A stretch of DNA of 64,000 nucleotides from Mobula hypostoma (lineage: Eukaryota), in the NCBI RefSeq assembly GCF_963921235.1, contig NC_086108.1, positions 115,570,001 through 115,634,000 on the forward strand. The letters run 5' to 3'. The notes beneath the pieces are model-generated. The model had not been told where the DNA came from. It searched no databases and worked only from the letters and a program-made list of their open reading frames with translations. The position numbers and the translations under genes are program-made. Positions 47,001 through 59,000 of the stretch are shown one piece after another (position 1 is the stretch's first letter; every line of letters starts with the position of its first letter).

Positions 47001-50000
47001 AGTTTAGTCGTGCTCCCTGTGACCGTATGGGGTTCGCACGTTCTCCCTGTGACTATGTGAAGTTCGCACGTTGGCCCTGTGACCGTGTGGAGTTTGCACG
47101 TTCTCCCTGTGACCGTGTGGAGTTTGCACGTTCTCCCTGTGACCGTGTGGAGTTGACACGTTCTCCCTGTGACCAAGTGGAGTTTGCATGTTCTCCCTGT
47201 GACCGTATGGGGTTTGCACGTTCTCCCTGTGACCGTGTGGAGTTGACACGTTCTCCCTGTGACCGTATGGGGATCGCATGTTTTCCCTGTGACCGTGTGG
47301 AGTTTGCACGTTCACCCTGTGACTATGTGGAGTTCGCACGTTGGCCCTGTGACCGTGTGGAGTTTGCACGTTCTCCCTGTGACCATGTGGAGTTGACACG
47401 TTCCCCCTGTGACCATGTGGAGTTTGCACGTTCTCCCTGTGACCGTGTGGAGTTTGCATGTTCTCCCTGTCAACGTGTGGAGTTAACACGTTCTCCCTGT
47501 GACCATATGGGGTTTACACGTTCTCCCTGTGACCGTGTGGGGTTTGCACATTCTCCCTGTGACCGTGTGGGGTTTGCACATTCCCCCTGTCACCGTTGTG
47601 GAGTTCGCACGTTCTCCCTGCGACCATGTGGGGTTCGCACGTTCTTCCTGTGACCGTGTGGAGTTCGCACGTTCTCCCTGCGACCGTGAGGGGTTCGCAC
47701 ATTCTCCCTGTGACCGTGTGGAGTTGACACGTTCTCCCTGTGACCGTGTGGAGTTTGCACGTTCTCCCTGTGACCGTGTGGAGTTTGCACCTTCTCCCTG
47801 TGACCGTGTGGAGTTGACACGTTCTCCCTGTGACCGTGTGGGGTTTGCACGTTCTCCCTGCGACTGTGTGGGGTTCGCACGGTCTCACTGCGACCGTGTG
47901 GGGTTCGCACGTTCTCCCTGTGACCGTGTGGAGTTGACACGTTCTCCCTGTGACCGTGTGGGGATTGCACGTTCTCCCTGTGACCGTGTGGAGTTGACAC
48001 GTTCTCCCTGTGACCGTGTGGGGTTTGCATGTTCTCCCTGTGACCGTGTGGGGTTTGCAAGTTCTCCCTGTGACCGTGTGGAGTTTGCACATTCTCCCTG
48101 TGACTGTGTGGTGTTTGCACATTCTCCCTGTGACCGTGTAGTGTTTGCACGTTCTCCCTGTGACCGTGTGGAGTTTCCACGTGCTCCCTGTGTCTATATG
48201 GAGTTTACATGTTGTGTCTATGTCCGTGTGGAGTTTACTCGTGCTCCCTGTGACCGTATGGGGTTTGCATGTCCTCCCTGTGACCGTGTGGAGTTTGCAC
48301 GTTCACCCTGTGACCGTGTGGAGTTCGCACGTTGTCCCTGTGACCGTGTGGTGTTTGCACGTTCTCCCTGTGACCGTGTGGGGTTCGCACGTTCTCCCTG
48401 TGACCGTGTGGAGATCGCATGTTCTCCCTGTGACCGTGTGGTGTTTACACATTCTGACTGTGACTGTGTGGGGTTTACATTTTCTACCTGTGATCGTGTT
48501 GACTTTACATGTTCTCCTGTGATGGTGGAATTTACACATTCTGTCTGTGACTGTGTCACGTTTACACGTTCTGATTGTGACTGCGCGGTGCTTACATGTT
48601 CTCCCCATGACTGTGCAGCGTTTACACGCTGTTCCCGTGACAATGCGGCGTTTACATGCTCTCCCCGTGAACGTGTGGAGTTAGCACGTTCACCCCGTGA
48701 CCGTGTGGAGTTTCCACGTGCTCCCTGTGTCTTTATGGAGTTTACATGTTGTGTCTATGTCCGTGTGGAGTTTACACGTTCTCCCTGTGTCTTTATGAAG
48801 TTTACACATTCTGTCTGTGTCCGTGTGGAGTTTACTCGTGCTCCCTGTGACCGTATGGGGTTCGCATGTTCTCCCTCTGACCGTGTGGAGTTTGCACGTT
48901 CACCCTGTGACTATGTGGAGTTCGCACGTTGGCCCTGTGACCGTGTGGAGTTTGCACGTTCTCCCTGTGACCGTGTGGGGTTTGCATGTTCTCCGTGTGA
49001 CCTTGTGGAGTTTGCACGTTCTCCCTGTGACCGTGTGGGGTTCGCACGTTCTTCCTGTGACCGTGTGGAGTTCGCACGTTCCCCCTGTGACCGTGTGGGG
49101 TTCGCACGTTCTTCCTGTGACCGTGTGGAGTTTGCATGTTCTCCCTGTCACCGTGTGGAGTTAACACGTTCTCCCTGTGACCATGTGGGGTTTACACGTT
49201 CTCCCTGTGACCGTGTGGGGTTTGCACATTCTCCCTGTGACCGTGTGGGGTTTGCACATTCCCCCTGTCACCGTTGTGGAGTTCGCACGTTCTCCCTGCG
49301 ACCGTGTGGGGTTCGCACGTTCTTCCTGTGACCGTGTGGAGTTCGCACGTTCTCCCTGCGACCGTGAGGGGTTCGCACATTCTCCCTGTGACCGTGTGGA
49401 GTTGACACGTTCTCCCTGTGACCGTGTGGAGTTTGCACGTTCTCCCTGTGACCGTGTGGAGTTTGCACCTTCTCCCTGTGACCGTGTGGAGTTGACACGT
49501 TCTCCCTGTGACCATGTGGGGTTTGCACGTTCTCCCTGTGACCGTGTGGGGTTTGCACGTTCTCCCTGCGACTGTGTGGGGTTCGCACGTTCTCACTGCG
49601 ACCGTGTGGGGTTCGCACGTTCTCCCTGTGACCGTGTGGAGTTGACACGTTCTCCCTGTGACCGTGTGGGGATTGCACGTTCTCCCTGTGACCGTGTGGA
49701 GTTGACACATTCTCCCTGTGACCGTGTGGGGTTTGCATGTTCTCCCTGTGACCGTGTGGAGTTTGCACATTCTCCCTGTGACTGTGTGGTGTTTGCACAT
49801 TCTCCCTGTGACCGTGTAGTGTTTGCACGTTCTCCCTGTGACCGTGTGGAGTTTCCACGTGCTCCCTGTGTCTTTATGGAGTTTACATGTTGTGTCTATG
49901 TCCGTGTGGAGTTTACACGTTCTCCCTGTGTCTTTATGAAGTTTACACATTCCGTCTGTGTCCGTGTGGAGTTTACTCGTGCTCCCTGTGACCGTATGGG

Positions 50001-53000
50001 GTTTGCATGTCCTCCCTGTGACCGTGTGGAGTTTGCACGTTCACCCTGTGACCGTGTGGAGTTCGCACGTTGGCCCTGTGACCGTGTGGTGTTTGCACGT
50101 TCTCCCTGTGACCGTGTGGGGTTCGCACGTTCTCCCTGTGACCGTGTGGAGATCGCATGTTCTCCCTGTGACCGTGTGGTGTTTACACATACTGACTGTG
50201 ACTGTGTGGGGTTTACATTTTCTACCTGTGATCGTGTTGACTTTACATGTTCTCCTGTGATGGTGGAATTTACACATTCTGTCTGTGACTGTGTCACGTT
50301 TACACGTTCTGATTGCGACTGCGCGGTGCTTACATGTTCTCCCCATGACTGTGCAGCGTTTACACGCTGTTCCCGTGTGAATGCGGCGTTTACATGCTCT
50401 CCCCGTGAACGTGTGGAGTTAGCACGTTCACCCCGTGACCGTGTGGAGTTTCCACGTGCTCCCTGTGTCTTTATGGAGTTTACATGTTGTGTCTATGTCC
50501 GTGTGGAGTTTACACGTTCTCCCTCTGTCTTTATGAAGTTTACACATTCTGTCTGTGTCCGTGTGGAGTTTACTCGTGCTCCCTGTGACCGTATGGGGTT
50601 CGCATGTTCTCCCTCTGACCGTGTGGAGTTTACACGTTCTCCCTGTGTCTTTATGAAGTTTACACATTCCGTCTGTGTCCGTGTGGAGTTTACTCGTTCT
50701 CCCTGTGACCGTATGGGGTTTGCACGTTCTCCCTGTGACTGTATGGGGTTCGCATCTTCTCCCTGTGACCGTGTGGAGTTTGCACGTTCACCCTGTGACT
50801 ATGTGGAGTTCGCACGTTGGCCCTGTGACCGTGTGGAGTTTGCACGTTCTCCCTGTGACCGTGTGGGGTTTGCATGTTCTCCCTGTGACCGTGTGGAGTT
50901 TGCATGTTCTCCCTGTGACCGTGTGGGGTTCGCATGTTCCCCCTGTGACCGTGTGGGGTTTACACGTTCTCCCTGTGACCGTGTGGTGTTTACACGTTCT
51001 CCCTGTGACTGTGTGGAGTTCGCACGTTCTCCCTGTGACCGTGTCAGGTTCGCACGTTCTCCCTGTGACCGTGTGGGCTTCGCACGTTCTCCCTGTGACC
51101 GTGTGGAATTCGCACATTCTCCCTGTGACCGTGTGGAGATCGCATGTTCTCCCTGTGACCGTGTGGTGTTTACACATTCTGACTGTGACTGTGTGGGGTT
51201 TACATGTTCTACCTGTGATCGTGTTGACTTTACATGTTCTCCTGTGATGGTGGAATTTACACATTCTGTCTGTGACTGTGTCGCGTTTACACGTTCTGAT
51301 TGTGACTGCGCGGTGCTTACATGTTCTCCCCATGACTGTGCAGCGTTTACACGCTGTCCCCGTGACAATGCGGCGTTTACATGCTCTCCCCGTGAACGTG
51401 TGGAGTTAGCAAGTTCACCCCGTGACCGTGTGGAGTTTCCACGTGCTCCCTGTGTCTTTATGGAGTTTACATGTTGTGTCTATGTCCGTGTGGAGTTTAC
51501 ACGTTCTCCCTGTGTCTTTATGAAGTTTACACATTCCGTCTGTGTCCGTGTGGAGTTTAGTCGTGCTCCCTGTGACCGTATGGGGTTCGCACGTTCTCCC
51601 TGTGACTATGTGAAGTTCGCACGTTGGCCCTGTGACCGTGTGGAGTTTGCACGTTCTCCCTGTGACCGTGTGGAGTTTGCACGTTCTCCCTGTGACCGTG
51701 TGGAGTTGACACGTTCTCCCTGTGACCAAGTGGAGTTTGCATGTTCTCCCTGTGACCGTATGGGGTTTGCACGTTCTCCCTGTGACCGTGTGGAGTTGAC
51801 ACGTTCTCCCTGTGACCGTATGGGGATCGCATGTTTTCCCTGTGACCGTGTGGAGTTTGCACGTTCACCCTGTGACTATGTGGAGTTCGCACGTTGGCCC
51901 TGTGACCGTGTGGAGTTTGCACGTTCTCCCTGTGACCATGTGGAGTTGACACGTTCCCCCTGTGACCATGTGGAGTTTGCACGTTCTCCCTGTGACCGTG
52001 TGGAGTTTGCATGTTCTCCCTGTCAACGTGTGGAGTTAACACGTTCTCCCTGTGACCATATGGGGTTTACACGTTCTCCCTGTGACCGTGTGGGGTTTGC
52101 ACATTCTCCCTGTGACCGTGTGGGGTTTGCACATTCCCCCTGTCACCGTTGTGGAGTTCGCACGTTCTCCCTGCGACCATGTGGGGTTCGCACGTTCTTC
52201 CTGTGACCGTGTGGAGTTCGCACGTTCTCCCTGCGACCGTGAGGGGTTCGCACATTCTCCCTGTGACCGTGTGGAGTTGACACGTTCTCCCTGTGACCGT
52301 GTGGAGTTTGCACGTTCTCCCTGTGACCGTGTGGAGTTTGCACCTTCTCCCTGTGACCGTGTGGAGTTGACACGTTCTCCCTGTGACCGTGTGGGGTTTG
52401 CACGTTCTCCCTGCGACTGTGTGGGGTTCGCACGGTCTCACTGCGACCGTGTGGGGTTCGCACGTTCTCCCTGTGACCGTGTGGAGTTGACACGTTCTCC
52501 CTGTGACCGTGTGGGGATTGCACGTTCTCCCTGTGACCGTGTGGAGTTGACACGTTCTCCCTGTGACCGTGTGGGGTTTGCATGTTCTCCCTGTGACCGT
52601 GTGGGGTTTGCATGTTCTCCCTGTGACCGTGTGGAGTTTGCACATTCTCCCTGTGACTGTGTGGTGTTTGCACATTCTCCCTGTGACCGTGTAGTGTTTG
52701 CACGTTCTCCCTGTGACCGTGTGGAGTTTCCACGTGCTCCCTGTGTCTTTATGGAGTTTACATGTTGTGTCTATGTCCGTGTGGAGTTTACTCGTGCTCC
52801 CTGTGACCGTATGGGGTTTGCATGTCCTCCCTGTGACCGTGTGGAGTTTGCACGTTCACCCTGTGACCGTGTGGAGTTCGCACGTTGGCCCTGTGACCGT
52901 GTGGTGTTTGCACGTTCTCCCTGTGACCGTGTGGGGTTCGCACGTTCTCCCTGTGACCGTGTGGAGATCGCATGTTCTCCCTGTGACCGTGTGGTGTTTA

Positions 53001-56000
53001 CACATTCTGACTGTGACTGTGTGGGGTTTACATTTTCTACCTGTGATCGTGTTGACTTTACATGTTCTCCTGTGATGGTGGAATTTACACATTCTGTCTG
53101 TGACTGTGTCACGTTTACACGTTCTGATTGTGACTGCGCGGTGCTTACATGTTCTCCCCATGACTGTGCAGCGTTTACACGCTGTTCCCGTGACAATGCG
53201 GCGTTTACATGCTCTCCCCGTGAACGTGTGGAGTTAGCACGTTCACCCCGTGACCGTGTGGAGTTTCCACGTGCTCCCTGTGTCTTTATGGAGTTTACAT
53301 GTTGTGTCTATGTCCGTGTGGAGTTTACACGTTCTCCCTGTGTCTTTATGAAGTTTACACATTCTGTCTGTGTCCGTGTGGAGTTTACTCGTGCTCCCTG
53401 TGACCGTATGGGGTTCGCATGTTCTCCCTCTGACCGTGTGGAGTTTGCACGTTCACCCTGTGACTATGTGGAGTTCGCACGTTGGCCCTGTGACCGTGTG
53501 GAGTTTGCACGTTCTCCCTGTGACCGTGTGGGGTTTGCATGTTCTCCGTGTGACCTTGTGGAGTTTGCACGTTCTCCCTGTGACCGTGTGGGGTTCGCAC
53601 GTTCTTCCTGTGACCGTGTGGAGTTCGCACGTTCCCCCTGTGACCGTGTGGGGTTCGCACGTTCTTCCTGTGACCGTGTGGAGTTTGCATGTTCTCCCTG
53701 TCACCGTGTGGAGTTAACACGTTCTCCCTGTGACCATGTGGGGTTTACACGTTCTCCCTGTGACCGTGTGGGGTTTGCACATTCTCCCTGTGACCGTGTG
53801 GGGTTTGCACATTCCCCCTGTCACCGTTGTGGAGTTCGCACGTTCTCCCTGCGACCGTGTGGGGTTCGCACGTTCTTCCTGTGACCGTGTGGAGTTCGCA
53901 CGTTCTCCCTGCGACCGTGAGGGGTTCGCACATTCTCCCTGTGACCGTGTGGAGTTGACACGTTCTCCCTGTGACCGTGTGGAGTTTGCACGTTCTCCCT
54001 GTGACCGTGTGGAGTTTGCACCTTCTCCCTGTGACCGTGTGGAGTTGACACGTTCTCCCTGTGACCATGTGGGGTTTGCACGTTCTCCCTGTGACCGTGT
54101 GGGGTTTGCACGTTCTCCCTGCGACTGTGTGGGGTTCGCACGTTCTCACTGCGACCGTGTGGGGTTCGCACGTTCTCCCTGTGACCGTGTGGAGTTGACA
54201 CGTTCTCCCTGTGACCGTGTGGGGATTGCACGTTCTCCCTGTGACCGTGTGGAGTTGACACATTCTCCCTGTGACCGTGTGGGGTTTGCATGTTCTCCCT
54301 GTGACCGTGTGGAGTTTGCACATTCTCCCTGTGACTGTGTGGTGTTTGCACATTCTCCCTGTGACCGTGTAGTGTTTGCACGTTCTCCCTGTGACCGTGT
54401 GGAGTTTCCACGTGCTCCCTGTGTCTTTATGGAGTTTACATGTTGTGTCTATGTCCGTGTGGAGTTTACACGTTCTCCCTGTGTCTTTATGAAGTTTACA
54501 CATTCCGTCTGTGTCCGTGTGGAGTTTACTCGTGCTCCCTGTGACCGTATGGGGTTTGCATGTCCTCCCTGTGACCGTGTGGAGTTTGCACGTTCACCCT
54601 GTGACCGTGTGGAGTTCGCACGTTGGCCCTGTGACCGTGTGGTGTTTGCACGTTCTCCCTGTGACCGTGTGGGGTTCGCACGTTCTCCCTGTGACCGTGT
54701 GGAGATCGCATGTTCTCCCTGTGACCGTGTGGTGTTTACACATACTGACTGTGACTGTGTGGGGTTTACATTTTCTACCTGTGATCGTGTTGACTTTACA
54801 TGTTCTCCTGTGATGGTGGAATTTACACATTCTGTCTGTGACTGTGTCACGTTTACACGTTCTGATTGTGACTGCGCGGTGCTTACATGTTCTCCCCATG
54901 TCTGTGCAGCGTTTACACGCTGTTCCCGTGTGAATGCGGCGTTTACATGCTCTCCCCGTGAACGTGTGGAGTTAGCACGTTCACCCCGTGACCGTGTGGA
55001 GTTTCCACGTGCTCCCTGTGTCTTTATGGAGTTTACATGTTGTGTCTATGTCCGTGTGGAGTTTACACGTTCTCCCTCTGTCTTTATGAAGTTTACACAT
55101 TCTGTCTGTGTCCGTGTGGAGTTTACTCGTGCTCCCTGTGACCGTATGGGGTTCGCATGTTCTCCCTCTGACCGTGTGGAGTTTGCACGTTCACCCTGTG
55201 ACTATGTGGAGTTCGCACGTTGGCCCTGTGACCGTGTGGAGTTTGCACGTTCTCCCTGTGACCGTGTGGGGTTTGCATGTTCTCCGTGTGACCTTGTGGA
55301 GTTTTCACGTTCTCCCTGTGACCGTGTGGGGTTCGCACGTTCTTCCTGTGACCGTGTGGAGTTCGCACGTTCCCCCTGTGACCGTGTGGGGTTCGCACGT
55401 TCTTCCTGTGACCGTGTGGAGTTCGCACATTCTCCCTGCGACCGTGAGGGGTTTGCACATTCTCCCTGTGACCGTGTGGATTTCACACGTTCTCCCTGTG
55501 ACCGTGTGGAGTTTGCAACTTCTCCCTGTGACCGTGTGGAGTTTGCACTTTCTCCCTGTGACCGTGTGGAGTTGACACGTTCTCCCTGTGACCATGTGGG
55601 GTTTGCACGTTCTCCCTGTGACCGTGTGGCGTTTGCACGTTCTCCCTGCGACCGTGTGGGGTTCGCACGTTCTCACTGCGACCGTGTGGGGTTCGCACGT
55701 TCTCCCTGTGACCGTGTGGAGTTGACACGTTCTCCCTGTGACCGTGTGGGGATTGCACGTTCTCACTGTGACCGTGTGGAGTTGACACGTTCTCCCTGTG
55801 ACCGTGTGGGGTTTGCACGTTCTCCCTGTGACCGTGTGGAGTTTGCACGTTCTCCCTGTGACTGTGTGGTGTTTGCACATTCTCCCTGTGACCGTGTGGT
55901 GTTTGCACGTTCTCCCTGTGACCGTGTGGAGTTTCCACGTGCTCCCTGTGTCTTTATGGAGTTTACATGTTGTGTCTATGTCCGTGTGGAGTTTACACGT

Positions 56001-59000
56001 TCTCCCTGTGTCTTTATGAAGTTTACACATTCCGTCTGTGTCCGTGTGGAGTTTACTCGTGCTCCCTGTGACCGTATGGGGTTCGCATGTCCTCCCTGTG
56101 ACCGTGTGGAGATTGCACGTTCACCCTGTGACCATGTGGAGTTCGCACGTTGGCCCTGTGACCGTGTGGTGTTTGCTCGTTCTCCCTGTGACCGTGTGGG
56201 GTTCGCACGTTCTCCCTGTGACCGTGTGGAGATCGCATGTTCTCCCTGTGACCGTGTGGTGTTTACACATTCTGACTGTGACTGTGTGGGGTTTACATTT
56301 TCTACCTGTGATCGTGTTGACTTTACATGTTCTCCTGAGATGGTGGAATTTACACATTCTGTCTGTGACTGTGTCACGTTTACACGTTCTGATTGTGACT
56401 GCGCGGTGCTTACATGTTCTCCCCATGACTGTGCAGCGTTTACACGCTGTTCCCGTGACAATGCGGCGTTTACATGCTCTCCCCGTGAACGTGTGGAGTT
56501 AGCACGTTCAGCCCGTGACCGTGTGGAGTTTCCACGTGCTCCCTGTGTCTTTATGGAGTTTACATGTTGTGTCTATGTCCGTGTGGAGTTTACACGTTCT
56601 CCCTGTGTCTTTATGGTTTACACATTCTGTCTGTGTCCGTGTGGAGTTTACTCGTGCTCCCTGTGACCGTATGGGGTTCGCATGTTCTCCCTGTGACCGT
56701 GTGGAGTTTGCACGTTCACCCTGTGACTATGTGGAGTTCGCACGTTGGCCCTGTGACCGTGTGGAGTTTGCACGTTCTCCCTGTGACCGTGTGGGGTTTG
56801 CATGTTCTACGTGTGACCGTGTGGAGTTTGCACGTTCTCCCTGTGACCGTGTGGGGTTCGCACGTTCCCCCTGTGACCGTGTGGGGTTTGCACGTTCTCC
56901 CTGTGACCGTGTGTGGTTTGCACGTTCTCCCTGTGACCGTGTGGTGTTTACACGTTCTCCCTGTGACTGTGTGGGGTTGACACGTTCTCCCTGTGACCGT
57001 GTGGAGTTTGAACGTTCTCTCTGTGACTGTGTGGAGTTTGCATGTTCTCCCTGTCACTGTGTGGAGTTGACACGTTCTCCCTGAGACCGTGTGGGGTTTG
57101 CACGTTCTCCCTGTGACCATGTGGGGTTTGCACGTTCTCCCTGTGACCGTGTGGGGTTTGCACATTCCCCCTGTCACCGTTGTGGAGTTCGCACGTTCTC
57201 CCTGCGACCGTGTGGGGTTCGCACGTTCTTCCTGTGACCGTGTGGAGTTCGCACGTTCTCCCTGCGACCGTGTGGGGTTCGCACATTCTCCCTGTGACCG
57301 TGTGGAGTTGACACGTTCTCCCTGTGACTGTGTGGAGTTTGCACGTTCTCCCTGTGACCGTGTGGAGTTTGCACGTTCTCCCTGTGACGGTGTGGAGTTG
57401 ACACGTTCTCCCTGTGACTGTGTGGGGTTTGCACGTTCTCTCTGTAACCGTGTGGAGTTGACACGTTCTCCCTGTGACCGTGTGGGGTTTGCACGTTCTC
57501 CCTGTGACCGTGTGGAGTTTGCACATTCTCCCTGTGACCGTGTGGAGTTTGCATGTTCTCCCTGTGACCGTGTGGAGTTGACACATTCTCCCTGTGACCG
57601 TGTGGGGTTTGCACGTTCTCCCTGGGACCGTGTGGAGTTTGCACGTTCTCCCTGTTACCGTGTGGGGTTTGCATGTTCTCCCTGTGACCGCGTGGAGTTT
57701 GCATGTTCTCCCTGTGACTGTGTGGTGTTTGCACATTCTCCTTGTGACCGTGTGGTGTTTGCACGTTCTCCCTGTGACCGTGTGGGGTTCGCACGTTCTC
57801 CCTGTGACCGTGTGGAGATCGCATGTTCTCCCTGTGACCGTGTGGTGTTTACACATTCTGACTGTGACTGTGTGGGGTTTACATGTTCTACCTGTGATCG
57901 TGTTGACTTTACATGTTCTCCCGTGATGGTGGAATTTACACATTCTGTCTGTGACTGTGTCACATTTACACGTTCTGATTGTGACTGCGCGGTGCTTACA
58001 TGTTCTCCCCATGACTGTGCAACGTTTACATGCTGTCCCCGTGACAATGCGGCATTTACATGCTCTCCCCGTGAACGTGTGGAGTTAGCACGTTCACCCC
58101 GTGACCGTGTGGAGTTTCCACGTGCTCCCTGTGTCTTTATGGAGTTTACATATTCTGCCTGTGTCCGTGTGGAGTTTACACATTCTCCCTGTGACCGTGT
58201 GGGGTTCGCACATTCTTCCTGTGACCGTGTGCGGTTTGCACATTCTCCCTGTGACTGTGTGGGGTTCTCACGTTCTTCCTGTGACCGTGTGGGATTCGTA
58301 CGTTCTCCCTGTGACCATGTGGGGTTCGCACATTCTCCCTGTGACCGTGTGGAGTTTACTCGTTCTCCCTGTGACCGTAAGGAGTTTACACGCTGTCCCC
58401 GTGACAGTGCGGCATTTAAACGCTCTCCCCGTGACAGTGCGGCATTTACACGCTCTCCCCGTGAACGTGTGGAGTTAGCACGTTCACCCCGTGACCGTGT
58501 GGAGTTCGCACGTTCTCCCTGTGTCTTAATGGAGTTTACATGTTGTGTCTATGTCCGTGTGGAGTTTACACGTTCTCCCTGTGTCTTTATGAAGTTTACA
58601 CATTCTGTCTGTGTCCGTGTGGAGTTTACTCGTGCTCCCTGTGACCGTATGGGGTTCGCATGTTCTCCCTGTGACCGTGTGGAGTTTGCACGTTCACCCT
58701 GTGACTATGTGGAGTTCGCACGTTGGCCCTGTGACCGTGTGGAGTTTGCACGTTCTCCCTGTGACCGTGTGGGGTTTGCATGTTCTCCGTGTGACCGTGT
58801 GGAGTTTGCACATTCTCCCTGTGACCGTGTTGGGTTCGCACGTTCCGCCTGTGACCGTGTGGGGTTTGCACGTTCACCCTGTGACCGTGTGTGGTTTGCA
58901 CGTTCTCCCTGTGACCGTGTGGTGTTTACACGTTCTCCCTGTGACCGTGTGGAGTTCACACGTTCTCCCTGTGACCGTGTGGTGTTTACACGTTCTCCCT

